Assembly (NCBI GenBank): GCA_009914755.4
Contig: CP086569.2
Coordinates: forward strand, 12,768,001-12,832,000
DNA: 64,000 nt
Source: the human T2T-CHM13v2.0 reference genome, Homo sapiens
Direction of reading: 5' to 3'
Position 1 is the first letter of the stretch. Each line of letters begins with the position of its first letter. The position numbers were made by a program, and so were the translations under genes. Below the pieces are notes generated by a model. The model worked only from the letters and a program-made list of their open reading frames with translations. It was not told where the DNA came from and ran no database searches. Positions 1-16,978 of this stretch are shown piece after piece.

Positions 1-23
1 CCCCTTTAACTGTTTAAATCTTA

Positions 24-313
24 ATTTTTTTTGAGACAGTCTCACACTGTGGCCCTGGCTGGAGTGTAGTGTCAAGATCTTGGTTTTTGCAGCCTTGAGT
101 TCCCCAGGCTCAGGTGATCATCCCACCTCAGTTTACTGAGTAGCTGGGACTATAGGCACACACCACCACATCTGGCTAATTTTCATATTTTTTTGTAGAG
201 AGAAGGTTTTGTCATGTTGCCCAGGCTTGCCTAGAACTCCTGGGCTAAATCAATCTGCCCACCTTGACCTCCAAAGGTAGTGGTATTACAGGCATAAACA
301 AGAGCACCTAGCC
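24..313 (-). mobile_element. Alu SINE, full length, minus orientation (poly-T at 24-32, element 5' end near 313)
   Basis: The plus strand reads poly-T then ttgagacagtctcac...ggctggagtg...cctcagtttactgagtagctgggactataggc... down to ...ggtattacaggcataa. This is the reverse complement of a dimeric Alu. Confidence 0.9.
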
Positions 314-1734
314 TCTGTCTGAACTCTTAAAACCAGAAACAGAGCATGACAATGTAAAAATACAAAGAAACATTGACTGGAAGAATAGAGACAGGAGACC
401 TGTGGAGGTTGTTCTGTCCCCAATGTCTTGCCGTAATATGTGTCCTGCATATGGGTAGAAACTCATAAAATACAAAGACTGTAGGTTTAGCATGAGGATA
501 TGTCATGTGGCCAATGATGAGGAAGTTCTGTCTTTCCCTTCATCAATTGGGCTATTGTGCATGATCTGTTTTTGTTTGCTGAAATTCAGGTTAGAGATAG
601 AAAACTTCCTTATGTTGGAAGAGCTTTAAACATTCTCAGACCTAGTCATCACTCACTTGGTGTCTGGGGTTCACCTTCATACTCCAGGTCACAAAGCAGC
701 TCTGTCCAATGGAACATTCTACAGTCATGAAAATGTGCTATAATCTGCACAGTTCAATAGCTAGCTAGCTGCTATTGAACACTGAAAATATGGTGGCTAG
801 TGGTGAATAAACAAATGGATTTTTATTTTATTTAATGTTAATTCACTTAATTCACTTAAATTTAAATAGCTACATGCAACAGGCTATCCTGTTACACATT
901 GCAATCCTAGGACCTGTGGGTTTCTGAAATCCGATGCAAAGTCTTTGCAAATATGACTATTCAAAGTATATCCTGGGCTCTTGATCAATGAGGATGTGAG
1001 CATCTCCAAAACAGAATGATCCCTGATGGAAACAAGTGCAATGACTTTATCTGTACAGTTGACCCTTGAACACCACAGGTTAGATCTGCAGAAGTCCACT
1101 TATATGGGGATTTTCTTTCACCTTTGCCACTGCTGAGACAGCAAGACCAACCTCTTCTCTTGCTCCTCCTCCTCAACATACTCAATATGAAGATGTTGAT
1201 GATAAAGACCTTTATGATGATCCACTTCTATTTAATGAATAGCAAATATACTTTCTCTTACTTATGATTTAATTTTATCCAGCTTGCCTTATTGGAAGGA
1301 TACAGAACATAATGCACATAACATACAAAATAGATGTTAACCAACTGCTTATGTTATCATCAGTAAGGCTTCCAATCAGTAGTAGGCTATTGGTAGCTAA
1401 GTTTGGGGAGCCAACCGTTATGTGCAGATTTTTCACTGGGCAGGGGATCAGTGACTCTAATGCACATATTGTTAGAGGGTCAAACGTACTTGCCAGCAGA
1501 ATATTGGCCTTATTTTTCTGTGAGGCCAGATGGCTCTTTCCTCCCTCTGAATCTGAATTCATGGGTTTTGTTTTAGAAAATATATCTAATTTCAAAAAAG
1601 CTATGCACAAGTTGAAAAGTCTCTCTTGTGGCATGCATTGAAAAGATTCAAGAGCAGGAACTATGTTACTGTTGGTATTATGTTCCCAACGTGGACCGTG
1701 GTGTCTGAAGCATAGTAGAAGCTTGGTAGCTGTA

Positions 1735-1972
1735 GAGGAAAGGAAGGAAAGAAGGAAGGAAGGAAGGAAGGAAGGAAGGAAGGAAGGAAGGAAAGGAAGG
1801 AAGGGAGGAAGGAAGAATGGAAGGAAAGGAGAAAGGAAAGAAGGAAGAAAGGAAGAGAGGGAGGGAGAAAGGGAGAAATAAGGAAAGAAAGAAGGAAGGA
1901 AGAAAGAAAGGAAGGAAGGAAGAAAGGAAGGAAGGAAGAAAGGAAAGAAGGAAGAAAGGAAAGAAGGAGGAA
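1735..1972. repeat. (GGAA)n / (AAGG)n microsatellite, imperfect, about 240 bp
   Basis: Directly visible run of aggaaggaagg with interruptions. ORFs 1661-2029 and 1663-1881 are translations of this repeat. Confidence 0.95.
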
Positions 1973-2171
1973 ATAACAGAGATTCAATGAAACAGGCAAC
2001 TTGATGTGGTGGTTAACTTTATGGGTCAACTTGAACGAACCACAAGGTGCCCAGAATTTTGTTAAACATTATTGCTGGATATGTCAGTGAAAATGTTTGC
2101 AGAGAAGATTAGCAATTGGTGGATTGTGTGAAGCAGGTTGCCCTCATTGGTGTAGATAGGCATGATCCAAT

Positions 2172-5686
<3,515 letters not shown>

Positions 5687-5699
5687 TGAGAAATCACTC

Positions 5700-6075
5700 T
5701 TTCTACCTGACTGCTTGACCTGGGACATTGGTCTTCTCCTGCTATTAGACTGAAACTTAAACCATTGTTCCTTCTGGAACTGAGACTTCTGCACTTGGAC
5801 TGGAACCCACACCTTCAGCCCTCCTGGGTCTCCAGCCTTCAGAGTCAGACTGCAAATCACACTCCTGGCTCTCCTGGGTCTTATGCCTTTAGGCTCAGCC
5901 TGGAACTCAAACCCTTAGCTCTCCTGGGTCTCAGGCCTTCAGACTTAGACTGGAACTCACACCATTGGCTCTCCTGGGTCTTAGGTCTTCACACTTAGAC
6001 TAGATTCACACCATTGGCTCTCCTGCAACTCCAGTTTGCAGATATTAGATCATGGGACTTTTTAGTCTCCATAAT
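5700..6075. repeat. Ancient MER/MaLR-like interspersed repeat containing a 5-6 unit ~49-bp minisatellite (about 5795-6030)
   Basis: Repeated ...ctggaactcacaccattggctctcctgggtcttaggccttcagacttaga... units are followed by the conserved repeat terminus ttgcagatattagatcatgggactttttagtctccataatcgtgtcagccaat. A second copy of the same family lies at 47700-47960. Confidence 0.5.
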
Positions 6076-6704
6076 CGTGTCAGCCAATGTCATATAGTAC
6101 ATTCATTTTATTAGTCCTGCTTCTCTGGCAAACCCCAAGTAATGCACTTGATGTCTGCATTTTTGTCCCTAGCTCCCACCAGCTGAGCAATAAGCCTTTC
6201 AGCATGCTGGGCCAATAGGGACCCAAGAGATTCCTGGACACCACCTGCCTTCTTGGGAGAAAATTTCCTCTTCCTGAATCATAACACATGTGTGAGTTTC
6301 TGTGCGTGAGAACACACCCGGTACAGCTCAGTATCATAATCTGTTTCCTCAGCTACAAAAGGAGAGTATAGAAAGAGGTAGAAGGGACTTAATTTCAGTC
6401 CCACAGACCTTTATTTTGCTGCCTCATGTGTTGCATTCTCCTTGAGTTCCTGCTGACTTTCTGTGAGGCAGAAATAATCTTTGTGATTGAATGCAGCTGC
6501 TGAGGTTTTCAGAATGACCTCTTTTGAGAAAGTCAGCAAGCTGGCCTTGGCAGGTAAAACATGTACTCCCTCAGTGGTCCTTTTCAGCTCTGCGACTCAG
6601 TTTACCATGAGTGCAGCCAGAACATATTTGATTCAGGGCTTCAGCAGGGAACCTGGATCCCACAATGTGTGGATCTGTTCCTGCTCAACATCTAGTATGG
6701 GCTA

Positions 6705-7554
6705 AATTATATCCCACTAAAATTCACAGGTTGAAGCCCAAACACCCGGGACCTCAGAATGTGATTTTGTTTAGAGATAGGGATTTTAAAGAGATAACCA
6801 AGGTAAAGTGAGGTCACTATGGTGGGCCCTGATGCAATGTGACTTGTGTCCTTATAAGAAGAGGAGATGAGGACAGAGACAAACACAGACGGGCCACCCT
6901 GTGAGGACGCAGGGAGAAGATGGTGTCTACAAGCCCATGAGAGAGACCTCAGGAGGAACCAGCCCTGCCCACACCTTGATCTCTGACTTCCAGCCTTCAG
7001 GACTATGGGAGAATAAATGTTTGTTGTTTATAAGCTGACCAATCTATGGTATTCTGTGATAGCAGCCTGAAATGAACTAAGACACCTGATAAGATAAGAA
7101 GAGGAGATAAAGACACAGACGCACACAGAAAGATGACCCTGTGAAGACACAGGGAGAAGATGGCATCTGCAAGTCAAGAAGAGAGGCCTCAGGAAGAATC
7201 AGCCCTGCCCACACCTTGATCTCCGACCTCTAGCCTCCAGGACTGTGAGAGAATAAATGTCTGTTGTTTCAGCTGTCCAGTCTGTGGTATTCTGTTACAG
7301 CAGTCTAAAATGGACTAAGACATCTTATAAGAAGAGATGAGGACACACACATGCACACAGAGGGATGACCACATGAGAACATATGGAGAAGATGGCATCT
7401 ACAAGCCCATGAGAGAGGCTTTGGGAGGAACCAGCCCTGCCCACACCTTGATCTTGGACTTTCATGCTCCACGATGGTAGGAGAATAAATGTCTGTTGTT
7501 GAAGCTCCCTAGCCTTGGGTATTTTATTGTGATGCCTCAAGCAGACTGATAAAC
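6705..7554 (+). mobile_element. MaLR LTR (MstII/MST-like) composite block A: one full unit (6705-7088) plus two tandem 3'-partial units (7089-7324, 7325-7554)
   Basis: The full unit begins ...cccactaaaattcacaggttgaagcc and ends ...ataaatgtttgttgtttataagctgaccaatctatggtattctgtgatagcagcctgaaatgaactaagaca. The partial units restart at ...ataagaagaggagat... and carry a CCTCAGG (MstII) site before the cagccctgcccacaccttgatct...ccagcctccaggactgtgagagaataaatgtctgttgtt terminus. Confidence 0.8.
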
Positions 7555-9039
7555 TATCCATTGTTTGTGGTCCAGTGGGGATTCCAAGTGATGGTTTTGC
7601 TTTGTGTAGAAGGAAAGAGTCAAATCCAAGCAGGAGAGTAAATGAGACAATCTCAAGGTTCTAATGGAACATGGGTTCAATTTCTGTCCCATGGATGAAA
7701 GGCCTCTGGAGGGCATGTGTCAGATTTGGGGGGTGGCACAAGATTCTGTTTCTGAGATGGGTTCTGTCTGTGGAATTCATGAATGGGTAGGTGGAGGAGA
7801 AGACACAGAGTCTGATGGGGCTGGCCTGGAACCTACACTAGCAGACTTGCTGGTATCAGTGAGATTTAGCTACTGTGCCCTGTGAGGAAATATTTACTGT
7901 GATTAATCTTTTAATAACACTCCATTTTAATTGTACCACCTGAAGCAACTTGCCTCCCAAAACAGTTCCTGTAACCAAAGGGTTTATTTATATGTGAAGA
8001 ATTAAACTAGAATTAAGCCAGATGGAGATTCACACATTCCTGCCTTTGTCTCCTCCTGGATTAAAAATATTTGGAGAGTGAAACTGTTTCTCCAAAGACT
8101 GGAAGTGTTAAAGTTCATATGCATTAATTTATTGAAAATGTAATCCAAACAGGATTTTCACCATTCCTTTCTATTTTTGATTAGTTTTTGGCTTGAGTTT
8201 ACTGCTTTCCTCCCCAACTACCCCAATTTTTATTATTATTACTACTTTTATTTCTGAAGGCATACCCAAAAAATAAAAGCAGAAAATGATTTAACAAGGT
8301 TTCCCTCCTAAGGCATTTTTGTGATCCAAAGTGTCACTGAAGTCATTTTAAATTTATATATTTTCATGAAGAAAAATATATCTCTTCCATGCATATTAAG
8401 ATATAATTACAGCCAAATCATAAACTGTGTCTGCTCCAAATGCCAGAGGAATGAAGAAAACAGATTCTTCCCTCTCCAGTAACATACAAATGCATTACAT
8501 TATTTTTGTGTCTTCTTTTAGCCAACTTTAAAATGACAACATACAAAGGATATTCAAGTTGGGTAATTAACATTCTAATAGGTTTGAAGTTTATAGAACT
8601 CTTGCGTGATACCATCAAGTCATCTTTGATCTACTAAATGACAAATACGCCTACTCTTCACTTCTCTCAATTTCTTCCCTGCAGTGATCATACTACATTT
8701 GCTATCATCACCGTATCTGAAATAGTGGCTTTCAGAATTCACCAAGACTCTGGGTCCTTCCAACTCACTTTCTGTAGGGTGTTCACTGTGCCATATGGGT
8801 GCGGATGCATGGACCAAACCACTTTTATTTCAATGTCATGGCTGGAAACCACATTACCCTGCAAACACCCTTAGTGCTCTTGTCCTCTCTCTGGTAATAG
8901 GATGCAACCTCAATTCTGCTTCAATCCCATCTGCCAACTCACCTGAGCTAGATGTTTCTGGAAAAAAGAAAACACCATGGTGCCAATTTGTCTGTAGTAT
9001 CATTCTCTCCTAGTAAATTTATGTTTCCCACTTTTCTAA

Positions 9040-9440
9040 AATCATTACAGTAGCCCCTTCTTATTTTTGATTTTGCTTTCCACGGTTTCAGTTATCTGTG
9101 ATCAACCACAGTCTAAACATATTAAAATAAATATTCCGGAAATGAACAATGCATAAGTTTTTAATTGAATGCTGTTATGAGAAGCATGATGAAGTTTCAT
9201 AGCATCTTGCTCTGTGGCCGCAAGGACAGGATCATCGCTTTGCCAGCACATTCACGTTGTACAAACTACCTCCCTGTTAATCACTTGGGTGCAAAGAGAT
9301 CACATTCCTATAGTGTTCATTACAGCATACTGTGATAATTGTATCCCACATAGATAAGAGGTGAACTACTGTCTTTACATCTTACCATCACTGACCCTAA
9401 GACCAAAATATCCCCTCCCCAGTTTAATCTAACAAACTTG
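9040..9440. mobile_element. Tigger-like (TcMar) DNA transposon fragment
   Basis: The sequence tttccacggtttcagttatctgtgatcaaccacagtctaaacatattaaaataaatattccggaaatgaacaatgcataagtttttaattgaatgc resembles a Tigger1/2 subterminal region. The call is from memory only. Confidence 0.4.
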
Positions 9441-10196
9441 CCTTAAATCTTACAGGGAAAATACATCCTGTGAGATGAGATAAATTTCACCTTTTTACTA
9501 CCAATCCCACCCATCCTCTGGAGACACACTCACCTTCTCTCTATTCTTTCTGGTTAAAATAAATGTATTTCTGTGCTTATTAACTTTGAAGATCTCCTAA
9601 CTTGATCTCCTGCTGCTGGCAGCTTGGGGTAATTCCCACATTCCCACAGGGCTGTTCTCCTTAGACAGCCTACCCTTTGGTCACAACCGACCACAGGGAC
9701 TACTGGTCTCCCAGTTCCATTGCATGCAAGTGACTTCAAAGACTGGCTGTCAAGGCTGCTCTGCCTAAGGGTTTGTACAGAGTTCAGACCTTATTTTCTT
9801 GGGGTTGGGGAGATGATGAATGCCTTTCAAATTATCCTCAAATAAAAGCAATGGGATGAGGAGATATATACCTCCTCCTTGCAGAAATAGTCCTGTTGCT
9901 CATTCTACAAAAATGTGCAGAGTTTCCACAATGGGGCTGAAACTCTGCTGTAATAGCCAACATTTTTACCTTCCTTTTTTTTTTCCCACTTATTCCAGCT
10001 TCTTCAGACAACCTCCCAAATAAACTACCTCTCCCAGGTCCCTCACTTGGGCTCTGCTTTTGGTGGAAATTGAACTTAAACACCCACCTAAACACTCAAC
10101 AGGAAATCTCTGCTTCTCCATCAAAGAGAATAAAAAGTCTCATCCTTCCCGTGAGAGCTAGAAAAAGGCTCACCTCAAAAGAGAAAGTCTAGGAAA

Positions 10197-10415
10197 AGCC
10201 TGGCCAACATGGTGAAACTCCGTCTCTCCTAAAATACAAAAAAATTAGGTAGATATGGTGGCAGGCACCTGTAATCCTAGCTACTCAGGAGCCTGAGTCA
10301 CAAGAATTGTGTAAACCTGGGAGGTGGAGGTTGCAGTGATCAGAGATTGCACCACTGCACTCCAGCCTAGGTGACAGACTCAGACTTTTTCTCAAAAAAA
10401 AAAAAAAAAAAAAAA
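10197..10415 (+). mobile_element. Alu, 5'-truncated (mid left arm through the poly-A tail)
   Basis: The segment runs gcctggccaacatggtgaaactccgtctc...ggcaggcacctgtaatcctagctactcagga...gcactccagcctaggtgacagactcagac then an A25 tail. Flanking aggaaaagcc and aggaaagcctgg form a target-site duplication. Confidence 0.85.
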
Positions 10416-10559
10416 GGAAAGCCTGGGAAAGTCTTTTCTCAAGATGTCCTAGAAGGTAACCCACTACCCAATCTATGGTGGTAGCATTCATTAATAAAAA
10501 CAAAAAAAACTTCATAACATGGTGGATAACATATGCACACTGAAGTATTTTTTGAGTCA

Positions 10560-11020
10560 ATGCCATTTTATTTTATTACAATTTCAAATTTTATTTTAGA
10601 TTCAGGGGCCATATGCGCAGATGTGTTACATGGTATATTTCATGATGCTGAGGTTTGGAGTATAAATGATCCCATGATCAGGTACTGAACTTAGTACCCA
10701 ATAGGTAGGATTTTAGCCCTTGTCCCCTTCCCTCCTTTCTCTCTTTAATAGTCCCCAGTGTCTATTTTCCCATCTTTATGTATATTTTTCCCATCCTTAT
10801 AATTGGGAGCTACCCAGTGTTTAGCTCCCAATTATAAGTGAGAACCCGAGGTATTTGTTTTCTGTTCCTGTATTCATTTGCTTAGAATGATGAACTCTGG
10901 CTGCATCCATGTTGCTGCTAATGACATAATCTCATTCTTTTTTACGGCTGCATAGTATTCCATGATGCATAGTGAATATTCTTAGAAATTGCTAAGAAAT
11001 ACTGGCATGTATTTCACTGC
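10560..11020 (-). mobile_element. L1 3' end (3'UTR), minus orientation, older L1P/L1M
   Basis: ttttagattcaggggccatatgcgcagatgtgttacatggtatatttcatgatgctgaggtttggagtataaatgatcc...agtgtttagctcccaattataagtgagaacccgaggtatttgttttctgttcc is the reverse complement of the L1 3'UTR. Confidence 0.8.
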
Positions 11021-11834
11021 AACAAAAAGACATTCAAATGTGTGAGATGCTGCAAGATGAAATAGTTTTCCTGAGAATCCATGATCCAGGGCTTAGGGAT
11101 ATTTGCTATTGATGCTATGGTGATAATTCAAGCATCAGATCAGTATTATGTCATAACTATGCCTCTTTGTTGCATGGGTGGTCATCTGAGCCACATATTT
11201 TTGATGTCAACACAGCATTCTGGTGATAGGAAAACAAATCAACAAAATCTGGAGGAAGGAGTTGATGGCAGCTGACCAAAGGAGATGGAAGGCATGCCAT
11301 GGGTCCTCCAGGTTGGGGTAGACATACGTTTGCCAGCCCAGGCTCTCACTTCTGCTTTCAGGTATCATTCTTAGTGCTCTCTGGCACTCTCCACAGCGTC
11401 TTGGTTGGAAACACACATTCCTAGTCCATTCTAGGAAGAGTGGGTCTCTGTGGAAATAGCCGCAGTGAATACAAGACAGAGATGCAGTTGCAAGGAGAGC
11501 CATCCTGTGCTCACAAACTGAGACAATCAGCAACATTAATCGCATTTGCAAGCTTCATTCCCCTTTGATGTCTAACCAAGTCTATTCACATGTTCCAGGG
11601 ATTGCAACGTGCCCATCCTTGGTGGGTCTTATTCTGCTTACCACCAAGCTAAATACCCTAAGATCTGATGAGCTAAAGATGGAATTACATGCTGAGAAGC
11701 ACTGCTTTATTTCTGTTTTAACTTTTGGGTCCAGCCCCTGTTTGGTTCCTCTGAGAGCCAGAAAAAAGCTTACCTCAAAACAGGAAGGCTGGGAAAATCT
11801 CACTTAATCAGGACATTTATCTCAGTGGTAGACA

Positions 11835-12232
11835 GAATAACACTCACTGAGGATGTTGTTTTAGTCTGTTTTCACACTGCTATAAAGAATTGCCTGAGAC
11901 TGGGTAATTTATAAAGGAAAGAGGTTTAATTGATTCACAGTTCCACATGGCTGGGGAGACCTCAGGAAACTTACAGTCATGGTGAATGGTGAAGGAGAAC
12001 CAAGACACGTCTAAATGGCAGCAAGCAAGAGACAGTCAAAAAGGAGAAATTGCCACTTATAAGACCATGAGATCTTGAGAGAACCCACTATCACAAGACA
12101 GCACGGGGCAAATCACCCCAAGATCTAATCACCTTCCACCAGGTCACTCTCTCAACACCTGGAGATTACAATTCAAGATGACATCTGGGTGGGAACAAAG
12201 AGCCGAGCCATATCAGATGTGCACATCACAAT
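11835..12232 (-). mobile_element. MaLR LTR (THE1/MST-like), minus orientation
   Basis: The reverse complement starts catctgatatggctcggctctttgttcccacccagatgtcatcttgaattgtaatctccaggtgttgagagagtgacc (THE1-like 5' end). The plus strand begins gttttagtctgttttcacactgctataaagaattgcctgagactgggtaatttataaagg (reverse complement of the LTR 3' end). Confidence 0.7.
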
Positions 12233-12235
12233 CCC

Positions 12236-12670
12236 TGGAACATGTTAACAGACTTAATTAGATGTCATGGGGAATGAAGGCTGCAGATGCAAAAAAAAGT
12301 TGCTAATTGGCTGACTTTAAAAAGTGGGAGTTTTATCCTGGAATATCCAGGTAGATTCACTGTCATTAAAAGAGTCCTTAAAAGTGGAAGAGGGAGAAAG
12401 AAGAGAGTGCAAAGGGATTTGACTACCCAAAAAAAGCACAGAGAGATGCACCTTGCAGGCTTTGAAGATGGAGGAAGAAGATCTCTAGAAGCTGAAAAAG
12501 GGGAGAAAAAGGATTCTCCCCTAACCTGGAGCACAGCCCTGCTGACACCTTGATTTTAGTCCACTAAGACTCAAGTCAGACTTCTGACCTCCATATCTGC
12601 CAGACTAAACTGGTGTTGTTTTGAACCAGTAAGTTTGTAGTGATTTGTTACAGCAGCAAATAGGAGACTT
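12236..12670 (+). mobile_element. MaLR-type LTR, plus orientation, abutting the previous element head-to-head
   Basis: Ends with the family terminus ...cagccctgctgacaccttgattttagtccactaagactcaagtcagacttctgacctcc...gtaagtttgtagtgatttgttacagcagcaaataggagacttatacac. ORF 12287-12553 is a chance ORF within it. Confidence 0.55.
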
Positions 12671-14144
12671 ATACACTCACTTTCACTTCCATTTTTGCAG
12701 TTGACATCTAAGTGGTCTCTCTGCATTCTTGCATGTTGCTATTGGGTTAAGCTTTCTTAATGCATGGCTTTTCTTGTTCTCATTCTCAACAACAAAACAA
12801 TACAAATCACTTTCAATGGCTTGGAAGGCATGAATTTTCCACAACCTTCTTAGCTGGGCATCCAATATCCCCAACTGTATTACCATGACCTCCACTTCTA
12901 GTGTTATTTCTTACTGCTTCCTTGCACATTTTCTATGTGTTCCTGGCAGACTGGACAATTTTCTATTCCTCAAACCTGCTCAAGTTTCTGTAAACCAAAA
13001 AGTATTTGACATAGATCCCAATAAGCTTAGAAGTTTCTTTTGCCAAGGTTAAGGACATGCCCAGAAGAAATAAACATGGAATCAGAGAAACAGTCTCTGG
13101 CCTGTGCCGTTCTCCAAAGATGATTCTGAAGCCTTCAGTGTTTAAAGGGGAGAAGTGGGTTTGAAGGGAAAAAGGGCGGGTATGGTCACATTACTGAATC
13201 AAAATTGCAAGAGAAAGGGAGCAAGAGGGGCAGTAGTCAAGCATATATTTGTCTCACGTTTAGGAAATTAGCACTTTGCATAAGGTGAACCTAGCTTATG
13301 TAGCTACCTTTGGAGATGTTTAACCTTTTATCTGTAGCTATCTGCTTAGGAATGAAAGGAAAGGCATCTTCTTGCATGATTCGACTTTCAGCTTGTTCTT
13401 TCCTTTTGGAAGAGTGAATTGAGGTCCTGAGTTTTTATGTTTTCTTTCACATTTCATTATGTCTGTGTCTATGTCTGTACCTCCTATATGGCTGGCATTG
13501 CCTTTGAATTCTATCTTTTCCTAACAAATGTCTATTCATTGATTCATTTCAAGGGAGCGTAAGGCTATTGTCTCTCACTGTTTTACAGTAACGGCTGTTG
13601 TTTTACCTTGCAGTACAGTGTGTGTACATGCCTGAGTGTTTATGTACTTGCCTGTGGGTTTACGCACATGTGTTATAATGCCATGCCCATTTGACAACTC
13701 TTATAGGATCCTGGGAGATGCATCAGACATTTAGTAATAAGACACACATGTCAGCTTACATTTCCAAAAGAAGGAAATAAAATGAACATCACATTTCATG
13801 TGATGCAATCTTTTTATCCTTAATCCTTGAAAAAAGCCTACCAGCAGATGGAAACATCTCTATTTTCAGAGTGATGAAGCCGGCATCCATAATGTATGTG
13901 TACGGTTTAGGACTCATGATCTAGTGAGTGATCAGGGTCAGACTCAAACCCGGTGTTTTGAGTCTGAGCTTTTTGTTGCACCACTTTTTTTTTATACATA
14001 ATGAGCCCCAAGGAAATATTCTTAGATTGGTTTGTTTCATCAGGTAAATCTCAGCCATTCTGAAAAAAGTTCAGGGCAAGTTATTGAAAGCCTGTCCTTG
14101 TTCTGTCCACTAGGATTGAGTCAGAAAGGAAAAAAAATGTGACG

Positions 14145-14755
14145 GGCTTAATTGTATCCCCCTAAAATTCATATATTGAAGTCCTCAACTCCAGGACATC
14201 AAAATGTGGCTGTATTTGGAGACAGGGTCTTTAAAGAGGTGATTAAGGTAAAACGAGGTCATTAGGGTGAACCCTGATCCAATGGACTGGTGTCCTCATA
14301 AGAGGAGGAGATGAGGACACAGACACACACAGAGGGATGACCACGTGAGGACACAGGGAGAAGATGGCATCTACAAGCCCAGGAGAGAGGCCTCAGGAGG
14401 AACCAGCCCTGCCCAAACCTTTATCTCCAACTTCCAGCCTCCAGGACTGTGCGAGAATAAATGTCTGTTGTTTAAGCCACCCAGTCTATGCTATTCTGTT
14501 ATAGCAGCCTGAAATGGACTAAGACATCTCATTAGAAGAGGCAATGAGGACACAGACACACACGGAGAGATGACCCTGTGAGGGCCCAGAGAGAAGACGG
14601 TGTCTACGAACCAAAGAAAGAAGTCTCAGGAGGAACCAGCCCTGCCCATACCTTGATCTCACACCTCCAGCCTCCAAGACTGAAGGAGAATAAATGTCTG
14701 TTTCTTAAGCCCCCTGGTCTGTGGACCTTTGTTACAATGGCCTCAGCTGACTCAT
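14145..14755 (+). mobile_element. MaLR LTR composite block B: full unit (14145-14528) plus one 3'-partial tandem unit (14529-14755)
   Basis: tgtatccccctaaaattcatatattgaagtcc...ccttgatct...ccagcctccaggactgtgcgagaataaatgtctgttgtttaagccacccagtctatgctattctgttatagcagcctgaaatggactaagacatctcattagaagaggcaatgaggacacagac... and a second terminus. Confidence 0.8.
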
Positions 14756-15965
14756 ACAATGGTCTTGTGTGGCCCTGTACTCAGGACAGCTAGGGTCTGT
14801 GGTATCTTTACAGAGACAGAACAGTTTACAGACTGCATAGCCAGTTCTGAACACATTCACTGCTTTACTTAGGTTACTTGCCACTGTCTTTGTTTTGGGA
14901 AACAAAAAATCACAGAGGTGACTTTACTGAAACCTCAGTGCAAACTGTTTGCAAATAGTCTCTTACTGGGTAATTGACAGGACTCAGTATAAATGGGAAA
15001 TAGAAAGTGTCTGACACATGAGCCACTTTTGGCTAACGTTTCTAGCTCTGGCCATCTGGGAATTCCAGGGGGCATCAGAATAATCTTGTGGAGGGTCCCC
15101 TTGTAGAGTAATTGATCTTAAATTAAAGTCTTAGCTGGGTCCTGAGAGACTTTAAAACTGGCAAGCCACCTAGATGCAGAATCTTTATTATAACACCGAA
15201 AATGGAATTAATTATCAATGGTATGCACTCAAGACATACTTAGAGTGCCCTTGAATTAGTGGCAAATATTTTGCTTAAATTTCTGTCCAAAACATGGATT
15301 GCTTTCTGGAATGTGGGAGGGATGAGAGTTACAAATGCGTAGTTGTGTCCATGCTCACATCCTACACAATCATTCATTGGACTGCCAGAGAATTAGCTTT
15401 CCAGACTTCCTAACCTTCTCAGCAGGACTCTAAAAATACAGAAAGCCCACATGTATTTTCATTCTTATGGAATGTTATCCTTTTGAAAAGTATTGCCCAA
15501 GAGTGGAGGCAGCAGAATGACTGACTTGTGGAAAACAGGTGCCTCTGGCAGGGTAATTTCTCATGGACTGTGACTTCTTCATGGCTGCTCTGGCTCCAGC
15601 TGGAATTCACGGAGAGCCCCCGTGACTTTAACTTCACCACCATAAACCATAAGGCACAGAGACACCTAATGCAGTCTCATCACATGGAAAAAACCATGTG
15701 AGAGGACAGATAGATTATATTTCTATTTTAATAATATCTATATGGATTCCATAACAGCATGTTGTAAACCTCACATACACACAATCAAATTTACTTAAGG
15801 AATTTTAAATGAGAACATTTGGTATTTGGTTTTCATGTGGATAACCTTTCCCTAGAAACAAAGGTGGAAAATATGACTTGAACAGACAAAGAATTCTGTG
15901 AGGCTATTTTGAAAAATAACTGAATGGCTGCATCTATTGCAACATCGTCACCTTTAACTTTATTG

Positions 15966-16268
15966 ATTGTTACTTTTTTTTTTTTTTTTTGAGACAGAGT
16001 CTCACTCTGTAACCCAGGCTGCAGTGCAGCAGCACAATCTCAGCTCACTGCAATTTCCACCTCCTGGGTTCAAGCAATTCTCTGCCTCAGCCTCCTGAGT
16101 AGCTGGGATTGCAGCTGCTGGATACCACACCTGGCTAATTTTTATATTTTTAGTAGAGACGCGGTTTCACCGTTTTAGCCAGGCTGGTCTGGAACTCCTG
16201 ACCTCGTGATCCACCTGCCTTGGCCTCTCAAATTGCTGGGATTACAGGCAAGAGCCACTACACCCTGC
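15966..16268 (-). mobile_element. Alu, minus orientation
   Basis: Poly-T then gagacagagtctcactctgtaacccaggctgcagtgcag...gcctcagcctcctgagtagctgggattgcag... down to ...attacaggcaagagccactacaccctgcc. Confidence 0.9.
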
Positions 16269-16272
16269 CACA

Positions 16273-16567
16273 CTTTTTTTTTTTTTTTTTGACAGTTTCC
16301 CTCTGTTGCCCTGGTTGGAGTGCAGTGGTATGATCTTGGCTCACTGCAACCTTTGCCTCTCAGATTCAAGTGATTCTCCTGCCTCAGCCTCACGTGTAGC
16401 TGTGACTACAAGCACATGCCATCACGCCCAGAACATTTTTGTATTTTTAGTAGCGATGGGGTTTTGCCATGTTGGCCAGGCTGCTCTCAAACTCCTGACA
16501 TCAAGTGATCCGCCCACTTCATCCTCCCAAAGTGCTAGGATTACAGGTGTGAGCCATTGTGCCTGGC
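16273..16567 (-). mobile_element. Alu, minus orientation, tandem to the previous Alu
   Basis: Poly-T then gacagtttccctctgttgccctggttggagtgcagtgg...gattacaggtgtgagccattgtgcctggc. Confidence 0.9.
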
Positions 16568-16978
16568 TGATTAGTTACTTTTGAAGCTTGATATTCAAAT
16601 GTATATACCATATGATACTTAGAAATAATAAAATACTTAGAAAAATAAAACAAAAAGATGAACTAAGAGAAACTGGCCGTTAGATGTCTACAAGAATTTG
16701 CAAACAGTCACAGCAGGCTCTGTAGCATTACTGGTTTGGTGACCATCTTAAATCAAGATATCCCAGAGGATGGAATGAGCTTTAATGGGGAATGCAGGTA
16801 GAATCTCCAAACCTAAAAAGTAATTTATCACTAACTTGAGAGGTCCTTTGTATCCCAATGGACATTTGGATCTCTCTGTGTGTGTGTATGTGTTTGTGTA
16901 TGGGTGTGGGTGGGTAGATGTTATGTCTTGAGTTCTAGGGAGCAAAGATGATAACATGGATGGTGAAGGAACTTATTA

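Noticed and set aside
12235-12236. Head-to-head junction of two MaLR LTRs, which could look like another palindrome
   Set aside because: The two elements belong to different MaLR subfamilies and do not align to each other as reverse complements beyond family-level similarity. They are more likely two independent neighbouring insertions than an inverted duplication.
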